The translations under genes and the position numbers were made by a program. A DNA stretch of 49,763 nt, from positions 1 to 49,763 of the forward strand of contig JAZSEP010000083.1 in NCBI GenBank assembly GCA_045531755.1. The letters are read 5' to 3'. Below the pieces are notes generated by a model. That model worked only from the letters and a program-made list of their open reading frames with translations, was not told the origin of the DNA and made no database searches. The stretch is from Oscillospiraceae bacterium (GTDB lineage Bacteria > Bacillota > Clostridia > Oscillospirales > Ruminococcaceae). Position 1 is the first letter of the stretch, and every line of letters begins with the position of its first letter. Positions 49,354 to 49,763 of the stretch are shown one piece after another.

Positions 49354-49763
<410 letters not shown>

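Overview
The window reads as a chromosomal core region of a Firmicutes/Clostridia-type genome: Shine-Dalgarno sites of the AAGGAGG type, frequent GTG/TTG starts, sporulation-type genes, and rpsD inside the alpha operon. All calls rest on motif and family recognition by eye, because no search could be run.

Layout:
- 1-14.6 kb: housekeeping genes on the + strand. These are recJ, relA/rsh, an MBL-fold hydrolase, a HemZ/HemN-like radical SAM enzyme, a P-loop nucleoside-kinase-like protein, a small coiled-coil protein, a MOP/MurJ-SpoVB-type flippase, mazG, HU, an M23 peptidase with a short M50 site-2 protease (SpoIVFA/FB-like pair), and valS.
- 14.6-16.0 kb: a lipoprotein alkaline phosphatase with an extra N-terminal domain.
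- 16.1-31.8 kb: the complete S10-spc-alpha cluster of 32 genes, rpsJ to rplQ. It includes secY, adk, map, a KOW protein, infA and rpoA. The short rpmD and rpmJ genes are absent from the ORF track.
- 31.9-33.1 kb (- strand): a PlsC-type acyltransferase with an embedded zinc ribbon.
- 33.3-40.5 kb: a purine/nucleoside salvage locus with an NCS2 permease, xpt, and a BMP-family nucleoside ABC transporter.
- 40.5-46.7 kb: the only accessory-looking segment. It holds an FAD-dependent oxidoreductase (-), an orphan solute-binding lipoprotein, and a 1131-aa secreted CBM32-like/MucBP multidomain protein with about 590 aa of unrecognisable C-terminus.
- 46.8-49.8 kb: glgP (-) and the 5' end of pyruvate:ferredoxin oxidoreductase.

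I see no CRISPR array, rRNA, tRNA, transposase, integrase or recognisable defence, toxin or secondary-metabolite system.

The most interesting unexplained signal is the ~450-nt gap upstream of rpsJ. It contains a promoter, a structured ~290-nt leader, a canonical intrinsic terminator ~95 nt before the start codon, a possible antiterminator, and tandem CACGGAACA repeats. This could be a non-E. coli-type S10 attenuator or a separate sRNA. Other observations are lower interest and listed individually.
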